Shown piece after piece: positions 26,761 through 40,456 of a DNA stretch of 64,000 bases. The notes below the pieces were generated by a model. The model searched no databases. It had not been told where the DNA came from and saw only the letters and a list, made by a program, of their open reading frames with translations. Numbering within the stretch: the first letter of the stretch is position 1; the number at the start of each line of letters is the position of its first letter. Source of the DNA: Azolla caroliniana (lineage: Eukaryota > Plantae > Polypodiophyta); contig JBHGNT010000010.1 of NCBI GenBank assembly GCA_043228905.1, positions 3,658,001 to 3,722,000 on the forward strand, in the 5' to 3' direction. The translations under genes and the position numbers were made by a program.

Positions 26761-28049
26761 TGTTCATATGCTTTCGATTGAAGCAAATTTTAGGAGAAAG
26801 TAAATGTCCTTGTGGTCACACGATTAGAATCTCTTTTTGCTTTGATTTGCCTACTTAGGCCCTATTTCTTAAGAAGTCTTCATCACGTGCCTAGAATTCT
26901 CACTACAGAAGTCTACATTAGAGTACTTGACCTCCATCCAATTGGTTTTGGCCGGCCATTGCATTTGTTAGAAGGTTTTATTCACACATGGTTATATATT
27001 GTGGCATTCATGCATTTTTGTTTTTTGAGTGGGTGAGTAGTCAATATTAATAAAAATAATGCATTTGACATGTTATTAGAACCTTGTCTCATGATCCTCT
27101 AGTTGTGGAAGCAGTAAGATGCTTGGTGTTGGGTTGATTGTGGCTATGATGAAGATGTTTCTCTTTTGGAATTGTTATGTGTCATCATAAGAAGAATAGG
27201 AATAAGGTGTGGACAATATAAATACTCATTGATTACATGATGGTTTCTTCTCGTACATTAAACATCTACTATGACAATCTGCATTCTAACAACTTCCTAT
27301 ATTGTTGTACTAGTTGACTATCTATCCTAATTATTGATTACTTATGTATGCCCTCAACGTAGATGATTTATTATTAGTAAGAAGTGAAGTTCATGTTCAA
27401 TGTCAAGTATAAGGAGAATTTGAGTCATCATTTTAGTTAACTACATTACCTTTTTTTCATTAGGACTAAAATTGATATTATCAATATTATTGTAGGCACA
27501 ATTGATTATACACTTAATATAAGGAATATGATAGATATTTTCCCTTAATTAAATGTTGATATGGCTTTTCTCATCCATGTTATGCTGCATACCTCATATA
27601 TGAATTATAAATTACACGGATATGCATTTGTAAATGACAAGCTCGAGGGATTTCTAGAAATGGCATATTAATGTCTAGTAAATGTGAACCTTGAGATATT
27701 CATGGAAAATTAACCAAAGTTTTGTGGTATATTCGACAATGAACATGCATAATATGTATTCAAACATGCATTCATGTCACATGCGTATACAAATTTATTA
27801 ATGATGAACTATAGAAGTGGTAGTTGATATAAATTCTTAAATTATCCTATTCCAAATAAAGTATGTCAATTCGAGGATATGATAAAGAGATATGAAAAAT
27901 AAGTGGAACCAGCATAAATCACAAGAAAACAAGTTGTTTCGCACTATTGATGTGGAAAGTTGTTTCATACTGTTGTACCAATTCATCACGAGTTCTTCAA
28001 CAATTCTTTCATTCCTTGGCCACAAAAGCTACTTAAATCTTATTGAATC

Positions 28050-28370
28050 CAAGTCATAAAAGTATGTATTGTGATACCACTATTATGAGTAATCATGTGT
28101 AAAGCCATTTCCCAATGGTTTTAATGATTCATCACGAGTTCTTTTGGAGTTTTTTTTTAACCCCTCAACCACAAAGACTAATGAAAACTCTTCGAAACCC
28201 AACCCCTAAAAGAATATTTTATGATACCACCATTGTAAGTAATTCATATGGAAAGCCAATTCACAATAATTTTACCCTGATTCATAACGAGTTCTTTGGG
28301 AGTTTTCTAATTCCTCAACCACGAAGAATGAAAACTCTTTAAACCCAACTCCTAAAAATATCTGTTCTAA
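28050..28370. repeat. Degenerate tandem duplication, 2 x ~150 bp
   Basis: TGATACCAC...AAAGCCA...TGATTCAT.ACGAGTTCTTT.GGAG...CCTCAACCAC...ATGAAAACTCTT..AACCCAAC.CCTAAAA occurs twice. Confidence 0.75.
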
Positions 28371-30029
28371 TATTACTATTACTACTAGTCTCTTTAACAA
28401 TTCTACCTAAAACATCTAATAAGCTATCCCAACCAGATTCTATAATTCTAGCCCACGTCCCGTACCATTTCCTCTCACTCTTTATTTCCTGTCCTTAGAG
28501 TTTTTTATGATAAAAGCAATCTTCATTTCTTGTCTTCTTTATGATGTAGCAAAGGTGCTTGCAATGGTGCAAGCACGAAGTTGATGAAGTGACACCACGT
28601 GGACTTTTACTTGGTATCTTATATTCATTGACTTAGTAAAAATGATAATAAGGCATCAATGACCACTACATATATGGAAGCATGTGTTCTTAAGCCTTAA
28701 ATAAGGTTTCATGCCCTTAAAGGGCAGTATTTCCAAACCTTTAAAGGCCATAAGATTAAAACCCTCAAAAATCTTATTCTCTTTTAGTGTGAACTGACAT
28801 ACACATTTGTTTTGTAATATTCATATGTTTCTTGGCCCTCACCTCAAAATAACTCAAAGTTGATGTATGGATAATCTCATGCATTTCACATTCATAATAA
28901 GAAGAGGAAACTAAATCCTAACTTCTAGTGTGTAGTTCATAAAACAATTTAGATCCTCTCGAAATCTAATCAAGAAAAAATTGTAATGACGCACATATCT
29001 CAATTCACAAGTTTAGGTGGAATGCATGCACAAGTTTATAGGTTAGCAAACCAGGAAAGAACAAGATCCAAAGAACCAAGAATATAGAACAATATGTACT
29101 TGTTATATGTTTGAAGGAACATAATATTTTCAAGTAATCTTGCAATCACCAAGAAAGAAAGGAGCTTTAAGAGTTGGTGATTATAAGCTTTGTGTTGAAG
29201 CTAACAAACTTGCATGTATACAACCAAGTCTATTTCTGAAAGATTTGTAGTGTAGCTAACATGGCTCCAATAAATATGTATTGTGATGATGATCTTTCCA
29301 TTAAATTGGTTTTAAAACTTAAATTTGTTGAGAAAGGTGGTAAGCAAACAAGTGTAGTACTTTTGATGAATCCCTGGAAGCAAAGGTTAATGTATGGATA
29401 TGAGGGTATTGGTCAAGATAGATGGTTAAAAAGATTACTCACTTCATGCTCAACATTTATACACTACAACCATTTACACACAAATTTTCTTTTGTACTGA
29501 AACCTCAAGCTATTTCGATCAGTACGAGTAAACTCACGATGATGAATAATTCACTTTAATGTTTAACCTCATAGCGAAGCCTAGAGTATTTGTGGAAAAT
29601 ATCTATTTGAAACTTTTATCTTGCTTTCTAACAACTCACAAGTCCTAAACTTAGTTTGTCATGGCGTGCTTGTAAAGGAAGGAACACTTATTTAAGAACA
29701 AATAAAAAGGGACAAAAAAATAGAAATGGGGGATTCAATAGAATTAGAAGAAACGGGAAAGGTATCATAATCTTGTGTCGCAACACCAAATTTGGTTGCT
29801 TTTAGACTAGGACACAAAAGTTGGAAAAAGGTGGACATATTGTGAAGAACAATTTAGAATGTACAGGCTATATATGTTTGTGCAACCTTCTATGTTCCAC
29901 ATTGATGTGGAGAACTCCAACGTATTGGTTTCATGATGCTATTTTATAATCAGGATGTTCCCTACTTATGTAATATTGATTGTTCTAACTAAAAAAGGAA
30001 GATTTAGAAATTTCACTAGGAAGATTCCC

Positions 30030-30943
30030 TACTTATGATTGGTATCTAGGTTCTTCTTTCCGATGGCTTCACCATGGTGAACCAATTTGATATTTGGGAT
30101 GTATGGTTGGTATAGATTTGAGGCCAAAAGCAATGCTATCTCCGTTACTATTATCAATAAAACGTAAACTATTATATTGGGATGCCCAACAATTGTCCTT
30201 TGCAGGTCGGGTTGTAGTAGCAAACTCAATATTGTTGGCTTCAATGTGGTTTATAACATATGTTTGGCTATTTTCTAGATATGCAATAATGAAAGTGCAA
30301 AGCTTGATTCATAATTTCCTCTAGTGGGGGGGGGGGGGGATGGATCTCCAACAGTAGCCAAAGTTACTTGGAATGTGTTGATTCAACCTAAAAGCAATGG
30401 AGGGTTGGATTTGATAGATCCTTTGATGCAATCAACAACCCTCTTGACTAAGCTTGTGATTAGAGTATTGCTGCTAGGATCAGAAGCTTGGAAAGGAATA
30501 TTTCTAAATCAGTTAATGTAGTTAAATCCTAAGACGGGAGGAGTTTGGTCACCCTCTTTAAAGTGGTTGTTCTTGAATGATGTGCAAACGGCAAGGCGGG
30601 ATCATTCATCCAATAGATTTTTGCTAGGAATCATAAGGGCATGGGATGTGATTAAGTCTTGTTGAGCGAGCAAGCTCAACCGGATCCGGATCATTTGAAT
30701 AAGCCTGAGCCGGATCGGTATCCAGATACAACCGGCCAGATCGGAGAGCCGGATTCGAGCGGGAACCAGAAGCCTAGCAGTAGCCTAGACTACTAGGTAA
30801 TCATTGTCTCGTAGTTAGTGTCAGTCGCTCGTATGAGCATTGAAGTACTTCTGTCAATCCTTTATGGACTTTGTATAAATAGTGTTGTTATAGCAGATTG
30901 TATGTACAGAGTTTTTAGAGTGATTTTTGAATTGAGTTTATGT

Positions 30944-30994
<51 letters not shown>

Positions 30995-32646
30995 CCGTGT
31001 ATACTCTCTGTGTATTAAGCTTCTCCATTAAACCTCTTATTCTATGTTGCTATCCGGCTGAGCCGGTTTTGTCTAATGCTTCCACATGTTTACTTTTACA
31101 AGTCCCTCTTGCTTAAGGACTAGCCTTCTACATGGGATGTGTTACTTAATAAGCCTCTTCTTGCCAATTCTCTATTTTAGGATAATACAAGAAAAGTGTT
31201 GGGCCTAAGAACTCACCTTGCCTGGGGTAAATTGGATAATGGGCCAATTGTGTTTGTAAGAACTTGGACTCAATTTTGGCAAATGCCACAAGAAGGTCAT
31301 CTTGCACATTTACAATCTGTTCATGGTGCCAAGATAATGACTGCTAGCATATTGGAAGCATATTCTTCGTTTTCTACAACCTTCCAATCCAGGTAGGAAC
31401 ATCTGTGGTTTGTATGCTTCATAAATGACACATTGATGGTTGTCAAAGGTGTTTGAACTAACGGGTGCGCTTCTTATTTGCAGGTCCTAGACAACCATAG
31501 ATTGCAACCTTATACTTTGATTACAGTTATCTACAACGCTTGTGAAGTACACCCATTAGAGTGGTTTCTAAAAAAGGAAAGAAATGGATGCTTTATCCTT
31601 ATCCTTCAATTGCTCATATGTGTGATATGTTGTGGTTATACGCAAAAGACCCTGTTTCAAGATTAACATGGGATGGGGGGGTTGGTTTTGGTCACATTCC
31701 TTAGAGGAACAGATCATAAAGGTTCCCTTCTTTCAGTACTCAGTAAAACTTGGAAGATCATTACTGCTCTCTCGAAATGTAACAATACCAACAACTTAGA
31801 AACATTGAACCACCTAGGGTGTCTCAACTTTGCATTTGAAAACCTATTGGAGATGGATTGTCATTTCAGGGGGCCAACTAAATTTATTCTCTTCAGATGG
31901 CTATTAGTGAATATGGCATTACCAATTGGTCATTCATTGAAAGGGAATGTAGCACCCAATCTTCGCCAATGTGGTTTTTGCCATGAAGCACAGGAGACTG
32001 CCAAGCATGTCCTTTGGTCTTGTCCCTTGCCTCAACAAGTATCTATTTTCATGAGGATTAGCAATGTGGGGAGTGTTACATTCCAACTTGATGATGTATG
32101 AGGTAGATGATGTTCAGGAGGCAATGATGGTATATAATAGAAGATTGATATTAGTTAGCCCCTTTCAGTAACCTTGAAAGCAGGTGCAATCTGTCCAAGT
32201 TTGGAAAACAATGACTACGGTAACGTTATGGGCATTATGGAAATGTCGATGTAACTGACTTTATGATGTGGCAGATCTTCGTCTCTCAGATGTCCTGCTT
32301 GAGATATGGGAGAACTTGTTAGTCGTGGCCAATATGACAATATGCATGGTTCCCTAGAGACTGTGAACAGGAGAAGGAAGAAGCTTCTTCACTTAAGGAA
32401 AAAGTTGCCCCTGTTTATAGAGTCAACTCAAGGGCCTCAATGGCACTATTGACTTCCATGAACCCTTTCTTGAATATCAATAAATCATGGCAGTGTACAT
32501 CAACAAATTCCAACACCTTCTACAAAGTCCTATCTTTGGTCTTAGGATTATTGTACATCATTGTACATAAAAAGTTGTAAGCTTTTGGGTAGACAATTTA
32601 CGTTATAGCCTTCGGGCGTTTTTTCTTAATACTATTGAAGAAAAAT
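30030..32646 (+). mobile_element. 5'-truncated L1-clade LINE (post-RT ORF2 and 3' UTR), decayed, interrupted at 30660-31086
   Basis: YLGCMVG...KLLYWDAQQLSFAGRVVVANSILLASMWF...KVTWNVLIQPKSNGGLDL, and zf-RVT FRWLLVNMALP...CGFCHEAQETAKHVLWSCP. The 3' tail TTTTTCTTAATACTATTGAAGAAAAA is shared with the copy at 41772. Confidence 0.85.
30660..31086 (+). mobile_element. Solo-LTR-like insertion (427 bp) in the LINE
   Basis: TGTTG...CCACA ends, GC-rich 5' part, TATAAATA at ~30874 and a (CT)n tract. The LINE frame rejoins across it (IKS|CLLLQVP). Confidence 0.65.
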
Positions 32647-35059
32647 ATGTGAAGAAGATGATGAAAAGATTCAGAAATTTCTATTTATGGAATTGCAAAA
32701 GACCTAGTTTTTTGTAATGGTATGGAGACCCCTAAAGTTGTATCCGAAAGATGATTTTCTAATAATGAGTAAAAAAAGAACTTTATTGAGGATCTTGAAC
32801 AAAGAGTAAAGATAGGGTATGTGATAGGTTGGTGGTCAGTGTATGCTAGGGTTGTTAATCAAGAAATTTACCTTATATGATTGTATTGAAGTTTTTTTTG
32901 GGGGCTGGGGGGTTGTGAAAATTGTGAATTTAACATGTTTTCTCATGACTATTGGTGAGAAATGTGTTCTATTCAACTTCTTTACATCTCTTTATCTAGT
33001 GTTTTAGAGGTTTCAGGTATTAATTATTTGTTGTTCTGAAAGGTCCAAAATTGGTAATTATGACCATCGTACATCTATGTCATGCTTTCTAAAATGAGGA
33101 TGTTGTACCCACAAGCGGTAATCAACCCCTCTCCTAATTCCATCAATAAATCCTTGAATAGTGTCAAATTATGCACAAGTCTTGCAAGCACCCACATTCT
33201 TGTAAGTAGTACAAATAGTTTCTACGAGGTAAACAATAATTTTTTCATTGGTTCATATGATATTTTTAATAAAGAACTAGGGATGTCAACTAAAGGCGTC
33301 ATATTGGCGTCCATAATCTCCTTATATTGATCAAATGTAAAGCCAAGGGATGAGCCTATTGCAAGACACGTCAGTGAACATGCATTCTTGTAATATTCTC
33401 TTACAAGAAGCCCATACTTATTAAGTGATGAGATTAATGCTCTCTTGCATTTTGTGAGGCAAAATTTCTAGACTTGTTGAGGAAAAGGTACAATTCCAAT
33501 GTGCAAGAACTGGACAAAAAAACAAAATTCCATTCCTCTATAGTAATCACACAAGTGTCTATGAAGAGAGGTGTGAAATGTGCACTCATTATTATACCAC
33601 CAATAAATATTTTGTTGCAATCGTCAATGTTAGCAAGTTCCTTACATTCTCTCTTTTGATTATGTAGACGGTTATTTGACTTCTTCTAGGTGGAGACTTC
33701 ACTTAGTGAGTGTCGTTGCTCAAACCTTCCTCGAGAGCAACTAAATATGATTGAGAACGAGAGATTTTAGGAAACAATGGGGGAAAACTAGTTGCATTTT
33801 AGGGAGATCATGGGCATTGTATGTAAAAATAGAACATGATCTAATTGGTAACAATTCCTAGAAGCATGTATCTAATAACTAGGACAGTGTGAGGAAGGCT
33901 GAAGTGGGAGATATGGAAGGGTTAAACAACAATGTGTCAATAAATCTTATGAGCTCGCCAGATTAAGTTGATAAAGGCACATAAACTTTGTGTAGAGTCT
34001 GTTCGATGGGAAGTGATAGTTGACAATAACTCGTGCCAACAATATGGATATGGTTGACCAAAGAGGGGTTTGGACGTTTGCATAATGTGATGTAATTTGA
34101 GGACCAAATGTGTTTAGGTTTCTATCTTATGGAAATTCAAAGGAGTAGATCAACGATGCTGAAAGATACAGTACTCCACACCCATTGGAAGAGTGTACAA
34201 CTCTCTCCAAGTAATCCGTGTAGGAATGCTCATTGTACTTAGCTTGCCTCACAACTCATTTAAGCCCAAACAAAGTACACACAACACAAATGAGCTTTCC
34301 TAATGGATTATTTGGAGAGAGATAAGTAATTCAAGGGTTAGAGATGCCCCATACCCTGGGGGGAGAATGAAACACACCCTCCACAAATAGATATGGTCGA
34401 TGATTGGGAAACCATTGAATTCTTGAGTTTAGAGTTCTCAAACACAATTGTACAGTTGAGGCAATGCTCCCTTATATGGTGTTGGGATTGGTAAATATGA
34501 CCATTTTACCTTTTTATTTCTATTTAGCACACTTGTTAAGCTCCATTCTCGGATAAGAGAACAAGATATACACCAAGCTTTTAGAGAAATCAATACATTT
34601 TTTTTTCTTCTCACCAAGCTTATCCATTCTTCCTCAAGCCCCTTCATTGCACCACCCCTCCAAGAGTTATGAGCTTGATGCGGCTTTCCTAGTTCAACTA
34701 AGCCCCATGTGACAAGGACGAGATTTATCTCTGTGTAAAATCTCGTATGAGTACCTTCACCCTAAACTTTATATTCTCACAACTTTTTTTTATCCTCTGT
34801 GTGAGTTGAATCGACTTGGTTTAGAAACCATTTTATGTGCATGTTTCTTGATATTATAAAAAGGTGGGCAATTGAATGACATCACGAAAGTTGACAATCT
34901 ATACATCAAGATCTTCAATTCCACCACACGTGTCCTTTTTTTTAGTAAGACTTTATTATTAGTGGGAAACCTCAAATTGAGATGAAAACCTACAAAGAAT
35001 AGAGAATTATAGAAGTGTCGATTAGTCAATAAAGAGCTTAGAAGCACTTAAAGTAAAGA

Positions 35060-35640
35060 GTGTAAATTTGCAATGTGATGTCTCTAAGTTGCCGACAATC
35101 AAACAGAGATTGCCTAATAATATTGCTAATGCCTATATTGGAATGGAGTATGCCAAATACACCAAACACGATGTATTGATCAAGCAAATTGGCATTGAAA
35201 AGGTCATTCACACAATCCAATGGGATTTTGTGGAATCCACAATGGTCAAACTAGGATTCGGCCTGAAAACGTCTCAAGTAATCTATTGGTTTTATGGGTC
35301 TAGTACATCTTGATGCATTATTGATGGCGAGTTGACAAATTCATCCACCTTAGCCAAATCAGTATGACAAGATTGTCCTATAAGTGCATTGTTATATGCA
35401 ATTGCAACTCATCCACTGTTATTGTACATGGATCATCTAGACTGTATCAATCGGTCAACTTCACGATTTGAAAACAAAAGAAGACATGCTTTTGTGGATC
35501 GGGCATATGTAGATGATATATCATTCGTGTCACAAAACTATCCAAATAATATGAGAGTGATTATGGATGCCCTTAAATTGTACATGAATTAGTTGTTGGA
35601 CTGCATGTTAACTTTAGCAAGTCCAAACTCCTAACCTTGC
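35060..35640 (+). mobile_element. Degenerate L1-like reverse transcriptase fragment
   Basis: IEKVIHTIQWDFVESTMVKLGFG...SV*QDCPISALLYAIATHPL...AYVDDISF...GLHVNFSKSKL, corresponding to the QGCPLS, YADD and GL.VN..KS motifs. Confidence 0.75.
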
Positions 35641-38188
35641 CACCGCATGTGTCCACCCATTATCTCAGTGGTGTTCAACTCAAGGCAACAGAAGTTGGAA
35701 CACATAAGGAAGGCTTTGTTACCGCTACTTATGTTGGGGTCACAAGAAGAGGACACAATTGCTTCTAGAGGGTTTTGAAAGGAAATTGGTGGTGCAAATT
35801 GGTTGATATAGACGACATGTATTAAAAGCTTACAAAGTTGAGAATTGTTCATGTGAGATGATGAATGGACACATGAAGGAGAATTGTGCAAATAACATGG
35901 CAAAGATAAAGGATTAGGCGATCAATGAGAGGTAGGAGTTTAGGGAATGCATGTCTATTTGAGATAACAATCAACGGACATACTCTAGGTCCCTTGGTCT
36001 AGCTTTCTCTTAAGACTATATGTGTTTACTTTCAGGCCTCATATAAGATCATATGTCTTCGTGTGCATGCCCTTTTCATGTCTTTCTTTGTTTGAACCAA
36101 ATCAAGATGAACCCGAATAAGCATCTATTGGGATTCTAGTAGAGAAACCAAGCTCAATCACATACCTTGTGTGTTAACACACACTCCTTGGGACACATGT
36201 TTGATGAATGGGAGATGTCGATTAAGTAGAGGGAAGCTATGTTGACTTGGCTAACTTGATTTTACTGATTGATGAAGAGTTCAATGTTGCTACCATGAGG
36301 GAACTTGGCATGAAGAGACCTATAAAAAGAACAAGATCAACCATGTCCCTCCATTTGTAAGAAGAACTAGATTACTTAGTTCAATTACGATGACTACACG
36401 ATGCATCACTATGCCTTTAGAATGAAGATAGTGGAGATTGTACCCATACGAGAAAGTTACGCCAAAGTAGATTGTGATCTCTATGGGCAAAACTGATGGA
36501 TGAAGAGATGCAAAGTCTTTTGAAAAAGGATATAGTGGACCACCTCTACTACATAGTATCATTGCTTGGTGATGGGTCTAAAAAGTGAATGACATTATTA
36601 AGTTATTGACTAATATAAGGAACGAGTTGTATAGAAAGGCTATGCTCAAATACATGAGTGGCGTTATCAACTACATATTTTATGAAGAGGGAGTTCCAAT
36701 CCATGATTCAAAGATTGCATAGTTGTTGATTGAGCTGGTAACCCCATGAATGATATCGAGCTTTTCATTTCTTAGGAAGCTATGCCATCTCTAGGAGCAA
36801 CTAGATGTCACTTACTATGAATTTGTTGAGCATAGAGATGGGGCACAATGATTCCTACATCTAGCATGGTTTGTCTATTGTGATCCTTGAAGGACTTTGA
36901 TGTCAAATTTGCCTAGTCTCCTTGATCGACCAAGATTACGGGGAGATGAGGGAAAACCAAGCTTATCCTTGGTTGCATGATACAACACATTTTAGCTTGG
37001 ATTGGCGCGATGAGAATATAAGCATTCTAGGCACGAGTTTGTCAAACTCCACAATGGATGTAATGAATGGGATCTCCTTTGCAATGAATAGGGTTGATAT
37101 TTTAGAACATTCACTCACTTTCCCATAATTACTAAATTTATCTTAACTTCTCTAGGTACATGTGTAGATTTTTTATATGAGCCATGTTGATTAGCTTTTT
37201 AATGAAAAGTGTTCTTATCATTGTAATCTTTGATTGATTTGTTAATGCACCTTATTGTCTTTAGTATCTTGTCTTTGTCTTTGTCTTTGTCTTCGTCTCT
37301 AGTTTCCCTCGCACACATAGCACATAACACATCTATCCACCTACCGATCTATTTCTCCTCGTCAATGTCGATCGATTATATACAAGTAGTGGAACCAAAT
37401 TGCACTTTATCAATTATACCAAATTATTATCCAAGGGAATTAGAAGAGCTAATACTACTAGAGGCTGATAGTGATCGATCATTTACAATTTGTTGAATTT
37501 AACATAATCAAACCAAATCTTAAAAATCATGTACTGAATAAGGATCCTAGAGATTTACGAGTAATGAAACAAACTAGGGTTTTATGGATAATATAGAAGT
37601 AAGTTGTCGAGCTCCAACCTTAAAGATTATATCCCAAATAAGCATCCAAACGGAATTGGGAGTGGTGAAAAAATTGAGGGTTAATATTAATAGGTAATAT
37701 ACAAGTTATTGAAATGAATTGAAATGGGGATTGTAAATTGTATAGCAAACAAGCATCCAAGGGGAGGTGGACCGATGAAATTACCGAGGGGATGAGACAC
37801 GATTCATTGTATGTAGTCGAGTGGACAGACTAAATCGAGTAAGCATACACAGGGGGTTTCGATGTGAACAAACTACATACTGTAGGGGGGGGGGGGGGGG
37901 TCCAATGTTGATCAATCATACTACAGGTAATTGAGAGAGAGAGGAGAAAAAGGAATAGGCGAGCTAGCTTACTTTGTGAAGGAAGAGGTTAGCTAGCTTA
38001 CTCTCTCAGCTAGCTAAGAAGGAAGTGAAACCAAAGAGCAGAAGAAGCCAAAGGATAAAAGGAAAAGGAAAAAGAGAGAGAGAGTGAACCTAATTCAATA
38101 ACTTCGAGCCCACACTCGGCATTAAAAGCCCATGGGGAAGAGTAGATAGATAGATGGGCATATATGCATGTATCTAGAGAGAGAAGAA

Positions 38189-38224
<36 letters not shown>

Positions 38225-38817
38225 GTCCTTTATGTTCTTTTGCTTTTTGCTTTTTTACTTTATTGTGCGAAGGGGGGTTGGTGAAGCTTAGCCCTTTTTT
38301 TTAAATAAATAAAATAAAATAAAATAAATCACTTTTCTTTTTATTTTTGTTCTCTAATAAAATAAGTAAATGAAGCAGCAAACAAACAAATAAATAAAAT
38401 AGTCTATAGATGAGCAACACAAATAAATAAATAAATAAATAAATAAATGACCCCCATAAAAAAAAACCAAACAAATAAATGAGCAAATAAAAGAAATAAA
38501 AGATCATAAATAAATATAAAAAAAAACTATATCTCCCCGCGAAAACAAAATAAAAACATCCTTCGTTCGCGAAATTCGAAGCCTTTCCCAATTAATTAAT
38601 ATGAATTATATAAATAATAAAACTTTTAGTTTCTTTGGGATTTTGTGTTTTCCTGTTTTTTTGTTTTTCACTGAATATCTGAAAAACTAGGAGAAAAGTA
38701 AACTTAAATAAATAAATAAATAAATAAAATAAAGTAAAAAACAAAAAAAATAAAAAATAAAAAAATAAAAAAAAACAAATATAAATAAAATAAATTCGTT
38801 TCTGCGTCTTTTGGAGC

Positions 38818-38823
38818 TATAAA
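38818..38823 (+). promoter_or_regulatory. Putative TATA box of the aspartic protease gene
   Basis: TATAAA ~150 bp before the ATG, followed by a CT-rich 5' UTR. Confidence 0.55.
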
Positions 38824-38965
38824 GATAACGCCACAGCCTTTCTCTTTAAAAATTTGACAGCCTTTTCTCTCTCTTTCTCTCTCTCTCTCTCTCTTCTCAA
38901 TTTCCTTCTCCTGTGTCTGGTCTCGCAGTTCTCTGCTACTGCTTCTGCTGCTGCAGACAGTAGCC

Positions 38966-40456
38966 ATGGCTACTGCACCTCCCATTTCTTCTCCATTCTC
39001 AACCTCCTCCTTCTTCTTCTTCCTTGCCTTTCTCTCCATCTTCTCCGCCCCTCTCCTCAGCTCCGCCGCCAATCCAGGCTACCAGCTCTTCTACCCTAAT
39101 GGCGGCCAGAGAACAGCCATCGCCGCCTCCATCTCCTCCTCCGATTCCCCCTCCCTCAACACCTGGACGGCGGAGATCAGCCACAGAGACGCGCTCTTCC
39201 CCCAAATCGACACCTCCTCCTCCTCCTTCGCCGCCTTCGCCGCCGGCCGTCTGTCACGTGACGCCGCACGCGTGGCGGCCCTCACGAAGCGCGTGCAGAT
39301 CGCAGTGATGGGGGAGAGGCCGTCGGAATGGGAGCCATCCCTGCAGCAAGAGCAAACGGAAGGCGCCACGGACTCGAAGCTGAGCTCCAGCTTCGATTTC
39401 ACGAGCCCCATCGTGTCGGGGCTGAGCCAAGGCAGCGGCGAGTACTTCACTCGCTTCGGCCTAGGGACGCCGCCGAGATACGCCTACTTCGTCATGGACA
39501 CAGGCAGCGATCTGTCGTGGACGCAATGCCAGCCATGCCAGCGCTGCTACAACCAATCCGATCCTTACTTCAACCCATCCGCCTCCTCCTCCTACCAATC
39601 CGTCGGCTGCGACGCCTCTCTCTGCTCGCAGCTCCTGGTGAAAGGCTGCCAGGCCAACATGTGCCTCTACCAGGTGAGCTATGGCGATGGATCCTTCACA
39701 GTGGGGGACTTCGCGCTGGAGAAGCTCACGTTCGGGAAGGGGACGGTGGTGCTCAAGGTAGCCATAGGGTGCGGCCATGACAATGAGGGTCTCTTCCAAG
39801 GGGCTGCAGGCCTGCTAGGGCTTGGGAACGGGAAGCTCAGCTTCCCGTCGCAGACCAGGACGCAGTTCTCCTACTGCCTGGCGGATCGGTTCCAGGGCGG
39901 CTCCAGCGAGCTGATCTTCGGGAGGAGGGCGGCTCCGCGCGGCTCCGTCTTCACGCCCCTCCTCAGAAACCCTAAACTGTCCACCTTCTATTATGTAGGG
40001 CTGGAAGGCATCAGCGTCGGCGGGCAGCTCCTGCAGATCCCGCGCTCCGTCTTCTCCCTCCAATCCGACGGCAGCGGCGGCGTCATCGTGGACTCCGGCA
40101 CCTCCATCACGCGCCTCACGGCCCCCGCCTACGTGGCCCTCCGCGACGCCTTCGTGGCCGCCACGTCGGACCTCCCCTCGGCCGGCAGCGTGTCGCTGTT
40201 CGACACGTGCTACGCGCTCGGCGGGATGTCGTCCGTGTCGGTTCCCACGGTGGACTTCCACTACGCGGGCCAGGCGGTCACCAAGCTCCCGGCCGCCAAT
40301 TATCTGATCCCCGTCGACACGGCCGGCACATTCTGCTTCGCCTTCGCTGGGACCAATGCCGCGTTCTCCATCATCGGGAACATGCAGCAGCAGGGCTACA
40401 GGGTCTCCTTCAATTCGGCGGCCAGCCGGGTCGGGTTCGCGCCTAATCAATGCTAA
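38966..40456 (+). CDS. Secreted aspartic protease, A1B (nepenthesin/ASPG1-ASPG2-like), intronless, 496 aa
   Basis: Hydrophobic signal peptide, SGLSQGSGEYF, catalytic MDTGSD and VDSGT motifs, the Cys-rich WTQCQPCQRCYNQSDP insert, GCGHDNEGLF.GAAGLLGLG, and SIIGNMQQQG..VSF...RVGFAPNQC. Confidence 0.96.
   Translation: MATAPPISSPFSTSSFFFFLAFLSIFSAPLLSSAANPGYQLFYPNGGQRTAIAASISSSDSPSLNTWTAEISHRDALFPQIDTSSSSFAAFAAGRLSRDAARVAALTKRVQIAVMGERPSEWEPSLQQEQTEGATDSKLSSSFDFTSPIVSGLSQGSGEYFTRFGLGTPPRYAYFVMDTGSDLSWTQCQPCQRCYNQSDPYFNPSASSSYQSVGCDASLCSQLLVKGCQANMCLYQVSYGDGSFTVGDFALEKLTFGKGTVVLKVAIGCGHDNEGLFQGAAGLLGLGNGKLSFPSQTRTQFSYCLADRFQGGSSELIFGRRAAPRGSVFTPLLRNPKLSTFYYVGLEGISVGGQLLQIPRSVFSLQSDGSGGVIVDSGTSITRLTAPAYVALRDAFVAATSDLPSAGSVSLFDTCYALGGMSSVSVPTVDFHYAGQAVTKLPAANYLIPVDTAGTFCFAFAGTNAAFSIIGNMQQQGYRVSFNSAASRVGFAPNQC

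Noticed and set aside
33000-34750. Possible LINE and LTR remnants
   Set aside because: Composition suggests decayed TEs, but neither boundaries nor catalytic motifs are identifiable.
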